Source: Acidobacteriota bacterium (GTDB taxonomy: Bacteria; Acidobacteriota; UBA6911). From it: 64,000 nucleotides of DNA. The notes beneath the pieces are model-generated. The model worked only from the letters and a program-made list of their open reading frames with translations, was not told the origin of the DNA and did no database searches. The position numbers and the translations under genes were made by a program. Positions 1 through 9,638 of this stretch are shown one piece after another. The stretch covers positions 3,392,001 through 3,456,000 of the forward strand of contig OY761556.1 in assembly GCA_963664705.1 (NCBI GenBank). The letters run 5' to 3'. How positions within the stretch are numbered: the stretch's first letter is position 1; each line of letters opens with the position of its first letter.

Positions 1-1013
1 TTCGGAAAATTTTTGGTTGGATGCAGTCGGCCAAAGATGCGGAAGAAATTTCCATCCACCGCAGCTGCATAGGGGATTCTCGAGTAGCCCAGAAGAAGCG
101 AAAACACAGACGAAAAAGCGATCCACAACATTAGAAAGGTCATTACATGCGCGGCAGTACTCCCCTGCAGCTTTTCGATATACGCGGAGGCGATATAGGC
201 GCTTTCACGAGCCTCGCGCCACGGAATAACGCTGAGGATGGAAGAACTCATCAGAATATATAAAAGGGCAACCGCAGAGATGGAGAGCAGAATCGCGCGG
301 GGAATGACCTTCTCGGGCTTCCGTATCTCTTCCCCCAGATAGCAGACATTGTAGTAGCCGAAGTAATCATAAAGCGCGTACAGCGTGGCATGGCCCAAGC
401 CCGCCCAGAATACCCAGTTGATATTGAAGGCGTCCGGAGGGTAATCGGTCAAACGGTCAATATTGATGTGCGGCAATCCAACCGCCACAATCCAGAAGCA
501 TCCCGCAAGTACTCCCGCAAGCAGTATCACCGAGAGCTTTCCCAGCTCTCGTATGCCGCGATAGAGAAGGCAGACCAAAAGGATCGGGATGCATGCAGCC
601 AAAATTCTCACACTCAAAGGCGAAAGCTGCGGCATGATAAATCGGCAGTAGTTGGCAAACCCGATACTTCCGCTGGCCACCGACAAAGGCGCCGAAAAGA
701 TGATCTGCCAGACAATCAGGAACGAAAACCAGCGCCCCATTCCCCTGGGCCCATAGGCTTCGCGCAGATAGTAATAGCTTCCGCCGGCCTTCGGCATTGC
801 CGCACCCAGCTCACACCAGACAAGCCCATCGCAGAATGCCAGCAGCGCACCGACAAACCACCCAATCATGGCCTGTGGTCCGCCCATGGTAGACAGGAAC
901 AGGGGAATCGTAATAAACGGCCCTATTCCGATCATGTCGGTAATAGCTAAAGCGGATGCCTGCAATAACCCAAGATCTCTTCGCAGGCCGGTCTTTTCTG
1001 TCTGAAGAGTCAT
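1..1013 (-). CDS. APC-family amino acid permease (3'-truncated by window edge)
   Basis: Manual minus-strand translation from ATG at 1013: MTLQTEKTGLRRDLGLLQASALAITDMIGIGPFITIP...CELGAAMPKAGGSYYYLREAYG. This has the APC TM1 IGxG and ELGAAMPxAGG motifs. ATGA overlap with the dedA stop. Not in the ORF track because there is no stop in the window. Confidence 0.9.
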   Translation of the reverse strand, partial: MTLQTEKTGLRRDLGLLQASALAITDMIGIGPFITIPLFLSTMGGPQAMIGWFVGALLAFCDGLVWCELGAAMPKAGGSYYYLREAYGPRGMGRWFSFLIVWQIIFSAPLSVASGSIGFANYCRFIMPQLSPLSVRILAACIPILLVCLLYRGIRELGKLSVILLAGVLAGCFWIVAVGLPHINIDRLTDYPPDAFNINWVFWAGLGHATLYALYDYFGYYNVCYLGEEIRKPEKVIPRAILLSISAVALLYILMSSSILSVIPWREARESAYIASAYIEKLQGSTAAHVMTFLMLWIAFSSVFSLLLGYSRIPYAAAVDGNFFRIFGRLHPTKNFP

Positions 1014-1603
1014 TTGGCAGCTCTTTTCCGAAATCGCCAGATCAACCAGAAGACTATGACTATAACAGCACCCCAGGCAGCAATATCGAGATGGTGCTGC
1101 ACCTGCTTCAGCACATGGGACCACTCATCTCCAAAAAAATACCCAAGGCTGATAAAGGTTGTTATCCAGAGTAAAGCGCCTGAATAGGCAAATAAAGCAA
1201 AATGCAGGGGGCTCAGCTCGGAACTGCCGGCGACAACAGCCGTAAAATGGCGGACTCCCGGGATAAAGTAGCCCGCCACCAGGGTCCACGTCCCGAATCG
1301 ATCAAACCATGCATGCACCTTATCGATCTGGGCCTGCGTGATATGAAAGAACCTGCCATAATGATGCAGGACATACAGTCCGAGGCTTCGTCCGAGGATG
1401 TAACTAATGGTTATGCCGCATACGCTCCCGAAAAATGCGGACAGATACGTGGGAAATAACGACAGATTCTTCTTATAGACAAGATACCCGGCAAAGGTCA
1501 GAAGCGATTCATCCGGAACCGGAAGCCCGACGATCCCCAAAACCAGAAGCAAAAAAATGGCCGTGTATCCATACTGCGAAACCCAATGCGCAATCGTTTC
1601 CAT
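1010..1603 (-). CDS. DedA/SNARE_assoc family membrane protein
   Basis: GLPVPDESLLTFAG and GYFIPGVRHF motifs; hydrophobic, 197 aa. Confidence 0.9.
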   Translation of the reverse strand: METIAHWVSQYGYTAIFLLLVLGIVGLPVPDESLLTFAGYLVYKKNLSLFPTYLSAFFGSVCGITISYILGRSLGLYVLHHYGRFFHITQAQIDKVHAWFDRFGTWTLVAGYFIPGVRHFTAVVAGSSELSPLHFALFAYSGALLWITTFISLGYFFGDEWSHVLKQVQHHLDIAAWGAVIVIVFWLIWRFRKRAAK

Positions 1604-1727
1604 GCGAATCTCAAAATATCATAGGCGATCCTTCAACCTGAATCACAAATTCCATTTCCCAACAGCTCTTTGCGGTTAGGAACCGCATTGATCGGCAGTA
1701 TGATGGTTGGTATCGATGAGGTCCGAT

Positions 1728-3110
1728 ATGAGCGCAAAAGTCATTCATTCGATCAACCCTGCGACAGAAGAAATCATGAGGTCCTACGAGCCGCATTCCG
1801 GCCCTGAGATCGAAAGAAAACTTCAGGCAACCCACAAAACCGCCTTCGCATGGAGATCGAAGCCCTATGCCGAACGGAGTGCTCTGCTGAAAAATGCCGC
1901 CTCCGTATTGCGAAAAAATAAAACCGGACTCGCGGAAATCATGACGGCGGAAATGGGCAAGCCCATCGTACAGTCGGAGGCGGAGATTGAAAAATGCGCA
2001 TTCAATTGTGATTATTACGCCGAAAACGCGGAACGATTCCTCAAGGACGAGCCTCGCAGCTCAAACGCATCGGAAAGCTATATCCAATACACTCCGCTTG
2101 GAGTCATCCTTGCGATCATGCCATGGAATTTCCCCTTCTGGCAGGTATTCCGCTTTGCGGCTCCGGCGCTGATGGCGGGGAACGGTGCTGTTTTAAAGCA
2201 TGCCTCCAACGTCCCTCAATGCGCGCTGGCGATCGAACAGGTATTTCGGGAAGCGGGATTCCCGGATGGGCTTTTTCAGACGGTCCTGGTTGGGAGCGCG
2301 GAAGTCGCCGGTTTGATTGAGCACCCGGCAATTTCGGCCGTCACGCTCACCGGGAGTGAGGGAGCAGGGCAGCAGATCGCGTCGTGCGCGGGGCGCGCGC
2401 TGAAAAAGACGGTAATGGAACTGGGCGGCTCGGACCCTTTCATTGTGCTTGAGGATGCCAATCTTGATGAGGCATTGCGGATCGGATTGTGGGCACGAAC
2501 GCAGAATGCCGGTCAGAGCTGTATCGCCGCCAAACGATTTATCGTTGTCGATCGTGTATTTCAGGAATATCAAGACCGTTTCGTTGAAGCCATGCGTAGC
2601 CTGAAGATTGGAAACCCTATGGACCGAGCTACCCAAATAGGACCGCTGGCACGCGATGAATTCCGCGATGATCTGGATCGTCAGATCGAGGGAGCCGTTC
2701 GAATGGGAGCCACCGTGCTCGCCGGCGGCGCACGACGGACGGGGACCGGCTATTATTATGAATCAACCGTCTTGACCGGGGTGACACCGGACATGCCGGC
2801 AGGACGCGAGGAGCTGTTTGGTCCGGTGGCTGCCATGATGAGGGCACGGGATGAGGAAGACGCAATCCGGATTGCCAATGATACTCCCTACGGTCTGGGT
2901 TCCAGTCTCTGGAGTTCGGATATTGACCGGGCCAGGATGCTTGCACGACGTATTGAGGCAGGACAGGTATTTATAAACGGCATGGTAGCGTCCGATCCCC
3001 GGCTACCCTTCGGCGGAATCAAGCGATCGGGCTATGGGCGGGAACTATCTGAATTGGGGATACGGGAGTTTGTAAATATCCAAACCGTCTGGATTGGTCC
3101 ATCAAAATAG
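1728..3110 (+). CDS. NAD(P)-dependent succinate-semialdehyde dehydrogenase (Sad/GabD1-like aldehyde dehydrogenase)
   Basis: AIMPWNFPFWQ, LKHASNVP, LTGSEGAG, MELGGSDP, catalytic NAGQSCIA, EELFGPV and PFGGIKRSGYGRE; start at 1728 after a GAGG. Confidence 0.88.
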   Translation: MSAKVIHSINPATEEIMRSYEPHSGPEIERKLQATHKTAFAWRSKPYAERSALLKNAASVLRKNKTGLAEIMTAEMGKPIVQSEAEIEKCAFNCDYYAENAERFLKDEPRSSNASESYIQYTPLGVILAIMPWNFPFWQVFRFAAPALMAGNGAVLKHASNVPQCALAIEQVFREAGFPDGLFQTVLVGSAEVAGLIEHPAISAVTLTGSEGAGQQIASCAGRALKKTVMELGGSDPFIVLEDANLDEALRIGLWARTQNAGQSCIAAKRFIVVDRVFQEYQDRFVEAMRSLKIGNPMDRATQIGPLARDEFRDDLDRQIEGAVRMGATVLAGGARRTGTGYYYESTVLTGVTPDMPAGREELFGPVAAMMRARDEEDAIRIANDTPYGLGSSLWSSDIDRARMLARRIEAGQVFINGMVASDPRLPFGGIKRSGYGRELSELGIREFVNIQTVWIGPSK

Positions 3111-3220
3111 AATATTTGAATTGCCAGGCTTTCCGGAATTCCAATTATTCGGAATCCGAAACCCTGGTCGACACTCGCCTGCGCTTTCGGTGAGGCCATC
3201 GGACAAGAAACAAACGCGGG

Positions 3221-3256
3221 TCGAAGGCTCAAAGAGGCAAATCCTTGAGCCTTCGA
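3221..3256. terminator. Hairpin between convergent genes, probable intrinsic terminator
   Basis: Perfect 12-bp inverted repeat TCGAAGGCTCAA / TTGAGCCTTCGA; U-rich tract follows on the minus strand. Confidence 0.6.
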
Positions 3257-3267
3257 TGCGAAGCGAC

Positions 3268-4383
3268 TTAATTCAACGGCTGGCCGGCGGGAATCAGTAT
3301 TTCCACTTTCGCTTGATCGCGCAGCTGGTTTACCAGCTTCGTCAGCTCCTCCTGCCCTTTCTGGTCCTTAAGAAAAGCGGTGAGCTGATCCTTGACTTCG
3401 TCCAGCGTAGACAGACCTTCCTTCTTTTTGTCCGTAACTTTGATGATGTGATAGCCAAAGCTGCTCTTTACAAGTTTTACCGAGCCGACGGGCATCGAGA
3501 AGATTGCGTTCGCATATTCCGGCGCAAGGCTGTCCTTTGTGTTGAACCCGATGTCCCCCCCCTGGGACGCAGAGCTATCCACAGAATTTTCCCGCGCAAG
3601 CTTGGCAAAATCCTCCCCCTTATTTACTCGAGCCAGGATGGATTCCGCCCGTTGTTTGGCCAGGTTATCCTGTTCAGGAGTATCTCCGGCCGGTCGGATC
3701 AGGATATGGCTGGAACGAACAATATCCGGGTGCTGGAAATCGGAAGGGTGCGCGGCATAGTATTTTCCAGCTTCATCCGGCGTGACCGCGACTTTCTTGG
3801 TCACGTTTTCCTCAATAAATTTGGAGATGGCCACGGTCTGTGCAACCTGTTTTTGCAGCGCCGCCCGATCCATTTGCTGACTTGCCAGCGCCGCATTCAT
3901 TTCCGCATCGCTCTGGAAGTTTTTGCTGATTTTCTGCATCTCGGCCTGGATTTCGAGATCTGTTGCCTTTACTCCACTGGCAACGGCCTTCTGATACAAC
4001 AGCTTGGTGCTGATCAGCGAGGTAAGAGCCTCCAAGGTGAGCTGACCACGGTAATCCTCCCGCAGGTTTTTCCACTCCGGGCTTCCAATCCGCGCCAATT
4101 CTCCTCGAACCAGTTGTTCCAGGTCCCGGCCCAACACGGCCTTCCCGTTGACCTTGGCTACCACGGCGGGGAAGAGCGCATTTGCACCGGCTGGAGGAAC
4201 GGCTTCATCCTCAGCCTCCTTGGCGACTTCTTTGGGCGCTTCTTTCGAAGCCTCCTTCGGCTGCGCTTTTGCCGCCGGTTCCGCAGAAGCGGCCGGTTTT
4301 GGTTTTGCGGCGGTTTGGGAATAACAGATTCCGGCAGAAGCCAGGAATAGGGTTGCGATGGCAAATCGAATCAGGGACTTCAC
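3268..4383 (-). CDS. SurA/PrsA-like PpiC-type peptidyl-prolyl isomerase, exported
   Basis: Signal peptide, VVAKVNG SurA-N start, VRSSHILI, GEDFAKLARENSVD, GGDIGF, SFGYHIIKV; AAGGAG upstream of GTG. Confidence 0.9.
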   Translation of the reverse strand: MKSLIRFAIATLFLASAGICYSQTAAKPKPAASAEPAAKAQPKEASKEAPKEVAKEAEDEAVPPAGANALFPAVVAKVNGKAVLGRDLEQLVRGELARIGSPEWKNLREDYRGQLTLEALTSLISTKLLYQKAVASGVKATDLEIQAEMQKISKNFQSDAEMNAALASQQMDRAALQKQVAQTVAISKFIEENVTKKVAVTPDEAGKYYAAHPSDFQHPDIVRSSHILIRPAGDTPEQDNLAKQRAESILARVNKGEDFAKLARENSVDSSASQGGDIGFNTKDSLAPEYANAIFSMPVGSVKLVKSSFGYHIIKVTDKKKEGLSTLDEVKDQLTAFLKDQKGQEELTKLVNQLRDQAKVEILIPAGQPLN

Positions 4384-4529
4384 GATTATGAAATTCTCCT
4401 TTTATAGGGGTGTAAGGGCATAAGCTTATCATGTTGGCCCATTTTGCAGGTATATCATTTTATCATGCGGCCACGACAGTCCAACGCCAGTCCGATACGG
4501 ATTCGGAGCCGTTTGGCTATATAGCCGCC

Positions 4530-5609
4530 TTAATCCTGCCGGTTCAAAACGCAGCCGAAATGCCCTTCGATCATCCTTTCTCCGCAGCCATTACAGGATC
4601 TGCAGAGCGAGCCGGTCACTTCCATTCTTCGGTATTTTGCTATGACATGCGGATCCTGAATAAAAGGCCGACAAAGAGAAACCGCATCCGCCACGTTCTG
4701 ATTCAGAACGGCCTGCATGTCGGCAAACTCCCGCATCCCTCCCACGAGAATCAGAGGTTTTTCCAGGATTGGCCGTGCCTGGCGACATTCCTCCAGATAA
4801 TAAGGATGCCGGGCATCCTTCCGGATATGGTGTCCCCATTTTTCCTCGATTCCTTCACTTACCTCGATAGCATCCACTCCATCTTTCTCAAGGAGCTTTG
4901 CCACGGCAAGTCCCTCGGCCAGCGTTTTGCCCTGAGGGTGATAATCCTTCAACCCAAGCTTGAGCAAAAGTGGGAAATCCGGTCCGGTCGCCTGGCGAAT
5001 ACCCCGGCATATCGTCCGCAGGAAACGGGCACGGTTTTCCGGGGACCCGCCCCATTCATCCTCCCGCTGATTCATGACGGGCGATAGAAATGCACTGAGA
5101 AACCAGCCATGGGCGGCATGAAGCTGAACGGCATCGAATCCTGCTTCCGCGATGCGGCGGGCAGCCTGTATATAGGCATCAATCATTCCATGGATCTCGT
5201 CTACGCCCAGTTCACGAACCCTGGCACCAGACTCCGGATCCACCACCGCCGACGGTCCCACCGCCGGAACGCCGGTCACCGCCTCCCGGCTTCTGAATCC
5301 GCAATGCAGGATCTGTCCGGCAATGAGGGCTCCATTCGCATGCACGGCTTGTACAAGCTTTTGCAGCGAGGGGATATCTTCATCCGTTTCCACGCTCAAC
5401 TGGCCCTCGGTCCCCATGCCATCACGAGTGGGAAACAGCCCCCCGGAAATAATGAGGCCTATCTCGCCTTGGCTCAACGTATCGTAGAGCTTTATTTGGG
5501 CCTCACTGACACTTCCGTTCCGGCCAAGATTATCAAACGTTGCAGAACGGACAAATCGGTTTGGGATCTGAAGCTGGTTGATTTCCATCGGATCAAACAA
5601 ACTCGGCAT
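4530..5609 (-). CDS. NADH:flavin oxidoreductase (old yellow enzyme family)
   Basis: LFDPMEIN..NRFVRSAT, AGFDAVQLHAAHGW, NQREDEWGGSPENRAR, C-terminal CRSCNGC; start MPSLF at 5609 with GGAG RBS. Confidence 0.88.
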   Translation of the reverse strand: MPSLFDPMEINQLQIPNRFVRSATFDNLGRNGSVSEAQIKLYDTLSQGEIGLIISGGLFPTRDGMGTEGQLSVETDEDIPSLQKLVQAVHANGALIAGQILHCGFRSREAVTGVPAVGPSAVVDPESGARVRELGVDEIHGMIDAYIQAARRIAEAGFDAVQLHAAHGWFLSAFLSPVMNQREDEWGGSPENRARFLRTICRGIRQATGPDFPLLLKLGLKDYHPQGKTLAEGLAVAKLLEKDGVDAIEVSEGIEEKWGHHIRKDARHPYYLEECRQARPILEKPLILVGGMREFADMQAVLNQNVADAVSLCRPFIQDPHVIAKYRRMEVTGSLCRSCNGCGERMIEGHFGCVLNRQD

Positions 5610-5907
5610 CTCGGATCTCCTGAAAGAGGCATTGCGCGAAATCGCCGGCCGACTGCATATCGGGCCGACTCGGGGACACCCATGGTTTCCGGTTGAGGAT
5701 ATATTGTCTTTGCCGAAAATGAAACGAATCATCTTCTCTTCTGAAAACTTTCCAAACATTTTGTTGATTTTCGGCATGGATTTTGGAAAGGTTATTCACC
5801 CCAAGATAAAAACGTCATACGCTTTGAATGAGAACGGCCCGGATTCAGGGGAAATCCGGCCAATATCTTCGGTATCAAATCTATTTGATGGTTCATTGTA
5901 GGGTCCT

Positions 5908-6480
5908 ATGGAAAGTCAGATTCGAGGCAACTTGGGGTGGATCGAGGTCATCTGCGGAAGTATGTTCAGCGGAAAAAGCGAGGAACTGATCCGCCGTTTG
6001 AGACGGGCGCAAATTGCCCGCCAGCGCGTCCAGATTTTTAAGCCTAAAATCGACGCGCGGTACTCTGAAAACCACATCGTCTCACACAGCGAGCAAAAAA
6101 TTGCCTCGCTGCCGGTAAGCAGTTCCAGGGAAGTCATGGATCTGATCGATATCCGAACCGAAGTCATCGGAATCGATGAGGCACAATTTTTCGACAAGGA
6201 CATTGTTCAGGTTTGCAGCCGGCTCGCAGACATGGGCAAGCGAGTTATTGTCGCAGGCCTGGATCAGGATTACCTGGGCCGTCCCTTTGAGCCCATGCCC
6301 CAACTGCTGGCCATTGCGGAATATATTACGAAAACTCTGGCTATCTGCGTGCGTTGTGGAAATCCTGCGAACCGAACTCAGCGACTGATCCAAAGCGATG
6401 AACGTGTCGTTGTCGGTGCAGCCGACATCTACGAGGCACGCTGTCGACGGTGCTTCGAACCGCACCCGCCTGAATCATAA
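5908..6480 (+). CDS. tdk: Thymidine kinase
   Basis: [12 protein letters not shown]-loop, [17 protein letters not shown], zinc motifs CVRC and CRRC. Confidence 0.96.
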   Translation: MESQIRGNLGWIEVICGSMFSGKSEELIRRLRRAQIARQRVQIFKPKIDARYSENHIVSHSEQKIASLPVSSSREVMDLIDIRTEVIGIDEAQFFDKDIVQVCSRLADMGKRVIVAGLDQDYLGRPFEPMPQLLAIAEYITKTLAICVRCGNPANRTQRLIQSDERVVVGAADIYEARCRRCFEPHPPES

Positions 6481-6596
6481 ACTGACAGTTCGCGATTTTA
6501 CTTGGGCGAGTTCCCGCGGCTGGAGTCCAGGTATGGAACCGGGAGCCTTTTGCCCGGCGGCACAGAATAACATCAGTCTTTTCTACGGGAGTAGCG

Positions 6597-8039
6597 GTGA
6601 GCTTCAATTGGCTGGACTGGCTTGTTGTTGTCGCGTACCTGGTAGCGATCACACTCTTTGGCGTCCATTTCCGGAAGCAGCAGCAATCGATGCGCACCTA
6701 TTTTTTGGGCGGCAAGAACGTGCCGGCCTGGGCGCTCGCGCTTTCCATCGTTGCAACGGAAACGAGCACGCTTACCATCATTGGCACTCCCGCAATCGCC
6801 TATGCGGGCAACTTCACCTTCCTGCAACTGGTGATGGGATACATCGTCGGCCGCATTCTTATCTGCCTGATATTCATCCCATCCTATTTCAAAGGCGAAA
6901 TGTATACGGCCTATGAACTGATGCAGCGCCGCTTTGGACCGACTATCAAACATGCAACCGCCAGTATGTTTTTGATAACGCGTGGCATGGCTGAGGGCGT
7001 GCGGGTTCTGGCAATTGCAACGGTAGTAAGCATCGTCCTGGGCACCGGAGATATCTGGTCGATCGTCATCATTACCGCGCTCACGCTAATCTACACCTTT
7101 GAAGGCGGACTGACCGCTGTCATCTGGACCGACGTGATTCAGCTTGGAATTTACATTGGAGGCACACTGGTGGCCTTCTTCGTAATTCTTGGATTGATCC
7201 CGGGCGGGTGGAACGGCATTCTGGCCAATGCCGGGCACAAGTTTGTATTCCTGAATTTCGACACGAATTACCGTTTATCCTATACATTTTGGGCGGGCAT
7301 TATCGGAGGGGCGTTCCTTAACATTGGCAGCCATGGCGTTGATCAGCTGATTGTTCAAAGACTCCTGGCCGCCCGGAATGAGCGCGACAGCAAGGTATCG
7401 CTCATTTCGAGCGGATTTATCGTTTTCGTGCAATTTTTCCTGTTTCTCATAATCGGTGTCATGCTCTACAGCTTCTATCAGTACCATCCCGGAGAAGCGG
7501 TTCCGGCTTCCAATGATGCCATCTTCCCTACCTTTGTAGTCCGGCACCTGCCCCATGGGATTTCCGGCCTGATGATTGCCGCCATCCTCGCCGCTGCGAT
7601 GTCGAACCTGAGCAGTGCTTTGAATTCGCTGGCATCGACAACCGTTGTGGATTTCTATCGGCCGTTTATCAAATCCGGAGCCTCTGAATCGAAAGAGCTC
7701 AGTATCTCGAGATGGATCACCGTTGCCTGGGGCATTGTTCTTGCGTTTCTGGCGATCGTTACGCTGCTTTCGCACGGCATGAAATCCGTGCTGGAACGAG
7801 GCTTGACTATCGTTTCCATCAGCTACGGAAGCATGGTCGGCGTATTCCTCCTGGGAGTGCTTACCAGGAAAGCCAATGAGAAGGGCTCGATGATCGGGAT
7901 GGCGGCAGGCCTGATTTCAATGCTCGCTGTGTGGCATTACAGCACGATCGCATTTACCTGGTATGTTCTGATCGGAACCGCCACCACCTTCACTGTGGGC
8001 TTTGCTGCGAGCTGCCTGATCGGAAATACCAAGCATTAG
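6597..8039 (+). CDS. Sodium:solute symporter (SSS family)
   Basis: YFLGGKNVP, SIVATETST, GGLTAVIWTDVIQ, DQLIVQRLLAA, AAAMSNLSSALNSLA; about 13 TM segments. Confidence 0.92.
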   Translation: MSFNWLDWLVVVAYLVAITLFGVHFRKQQQSMRTYFLGGKNVPAWALALSIVATETSTLTIIGTPAIAYAGNFTFLQLVMGYIVGRILICLIFIPSYFKGEMYTAYELMQRRFGPTIKHATASMFLITRGMAEGVRVLAIATVVSIVLGTGDIWSIVIITALTLIYTFEGGLTAVIWTDVIQLGIYIGGTLVAFFVILGLIPGGWNGILANAGHKFVFLNFDTNYRLSYTFWAGIIGGAFLNIGSHGVDQLIVQRLLAARNERDSKVSLISSGFIVFVQFFLFLIIGVMLYSFYQYHPGEAVPASNDAIFPTFVVRHLPHGISGLMIAAILAAAMSNLSSALNSLASTTVVDFYRPFIKSGASESKELSISRWITVAWGIVLAFLAIVTLLSHGMKSVLERGLTIVSISYGSMVGVFLLGVLTRKANEKGSMIGMAAGLISMLAVWHYSTIAFTWYVLIGTATTFTVGFAASCLIGNTKH

Positions 8040-8117
8040 TGCCGACATTCACGATTATGGCCGGGGCCGGCTCTCGAGCTGCGGCACCCGCACCATCGCC
8101 ACCTTGAACGCGGGGGC

Positions 8118-8474
8118 TCAATTCGGAATGATGGTGCGCCGGTGCTGCCCTTCACCGATTATTTTGTCGCCTTCGGTCACGCGCACTTCAAACAACAGCT
8201 TTCGGCCATCGGCTTCGAGCACCCTGCACCATGACTTTACCTGCGATCCCAGGGCAGCCGCCGCCTTATGTTTTATGTGGACTTCGTAACCAACGGTCGT
8301 AAACCCGGGCGGAAGCAGACTCTGTACCAGGTCCTTTGCAACGCCCTCCATCAGACTGATCATCATCGGAGTAGATAAAACCGGCATTTTGGTATGGGTC
8401 ACCACCAGCGAATCGTCCACCGTCACCATCTGTTCTGAGGTCAGTCCGGGCTTGATGCTGTCAAATTCAGACAT
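8118..8474 (-). CDS. Fluoroacetyl-CoA thioesterase (FlK)-like hotdog thioesterase
   Basis: VLSTPMMISLME..TTVG.EVHIKH..IGEGQHRR, with a Thr/Glu/His triad pattern. Confidence 0.85.
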   Translation of the reverse strand: MSEFDSIKPGLTSEQMVTVDDSLVVTHTKMPVLSTPMMISLMEGVAKDLVQSLLPPGFTTVGYEVHIKHKAAAALGSQVKSWCRVLEADGRKLLFEVRVTEGDKIIGEGQHRRTIIPN

Positions 8475-8696
8475 AAGGTCCTTTCGCTAAATACATACAG
8501 TCGGGAGGCACGCCGCATGCCCCATCCAATGCATGCCATAGTACCTGATTCCCCTTTCAAAGCAAGTCCGGTAAAAGCAAATGGAACTATATCTGGCGGC
8601 AATTTCGAGAGTGCATCATTTGCTGCCGTCTGTGCGTGAATGAATATTTATTTTATGCTATTTTGTATCCGTATATTGGCATTTCCTCACCATTGA

Positions 8697-9539
8697 ATGG
8701 AGACAACCGAAATGCCTCTGGATGCAGGATCCTTTTTGCCGGAGCATCGAGTCCGGGCTTCTATCGAACCCGCCCATTTCGACAACAAAATCCAGGATGA
8801 TGATTATGCCCGCCACCACGGCTTTCGCGCCGGCCTTGTCTCGGGAATGTCGATGTACGCATACATGTCACGCCCCCTCGCCGAACAATTGGGACGGGAT
8901 TGGCTGGAGCGTGGCTCTGCGGAAGTCCGCTTTGTTCGGCCCGTTTACGAAGGAGAGGAAATTCGTATCGGGGGCGCCGTCACATCCATTGCCTCGGACG
9001 GCACGATGCTGATTCACTATCAGTCATCCAACAGCCAGGGAGTACTGTGCGGCATTGGGACGGCACAGCTGCCTCCAGCGCCGCCATCAGCCGAACCACG
9101 CCCGGAGGACTACCCGGCCAGTCGGGCGAAATTGCACCGCCCCATATCCCTGGAATCCCTGCACGCCGGCGACAGCCTTGTTCCGGTTTCATCCGACTTC
9201 ACCTGGAACATTCACTGGCAGTATTGTCGGAAGGCGATCAGGGATCTTCATCCGCTGTACGAAAAGATACTGCACCCGGGGTGGCTTTTAAGCCGTGGCG
9301 GCCAGATTCTGGCCGCCAACTATTCGATTCAGGCATGGATTGATGTTTCCTGCCGAGTACAGCATTTCCACGTCCAGGAAGAGGAATGCACCGTTCAGAC
9401 CCGTGGAAGGATTCAGGGCAAGTTCGAGCATAAAGGGGATCATTTCGTGGAACTGGACCTGGCGGTCTTTGCCCCGGAACGCTGCCTGGCAACCATTCAC
9501 TATACGGCTATTTTCCGCATCGCCCCCAATGCCGCTTAA
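8697..9539 (+). CDS. Double-hotdog MaoC-like protein
   Basis: DNKIQDDDYARHHGFRAGLVSG and EVRFVRPVYEGE in domain 1; HPGWLL..HTAIF-like pattern in domain 2. Confidence 0.7.
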   Translation: METTEMPLDAGSFLPEHRVRASIEPAHFDNKIQDDDYARHHGFRAGLVSGMSMYAYMSRPLAEQLGRDWLERGSAEVRFVRPVYEGEEIRIGGAVTSIASDGTMLIHYQSSNSQGVLCGIGTAQLPPAPPSAEPRPEDYPASRAKLHRPISLESLHAGDSLVPVSSDFTWNIHWQYCRKAIRDLHPLYEKILHPGWLLSRGGQILAANYSIQAWIDVSCRVQHFHVQEEECTVQTRGRIQGKFEHKGDHFVELDLAVFAPERCLATIHYTAIFRIAPNAA

Positions 9540-9638
9540 GCAGGTGTCCGGGAATTAGCGTAAAGGCTTGCGCGTGCAATGCCTGGAATTGTGGAGAGGA
9601 GTGGGCGGGAAAGCAGCCGCGATTCGGCTCACGCCATA

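Noticed and set aside
390-950. 186-aa plus-strand ORF
   Set aside because: Shadow of the minus-strand APC permease.
4205-4315. KEAxKEAx repeats in the PpiC N-terminus
   Set aside because: Ordinary low-complexity linker after the signal peptide.
3094-4350. 418-aa plus-strand ORF
   Set aside because: Antisense shadow of the PpiC gene; no recognisable motifs or RBS.
5610-5777. N-terminal extension of the OYE ORF (also the track extensions of waaL, wzt, GT2s, mtnA, pgsA, fabZ and gatB)
   Set aside because: Family homology, RBS position or gene coupling indicate downstream starts; the extensions are longest-ORF artefacts.
6481-6596. Possible riboswitch upstream of the SSS symporter
   Set aside because: Only a short hairpin is visible and I recognise no aptamer consensus; an Infernal search would be needed.
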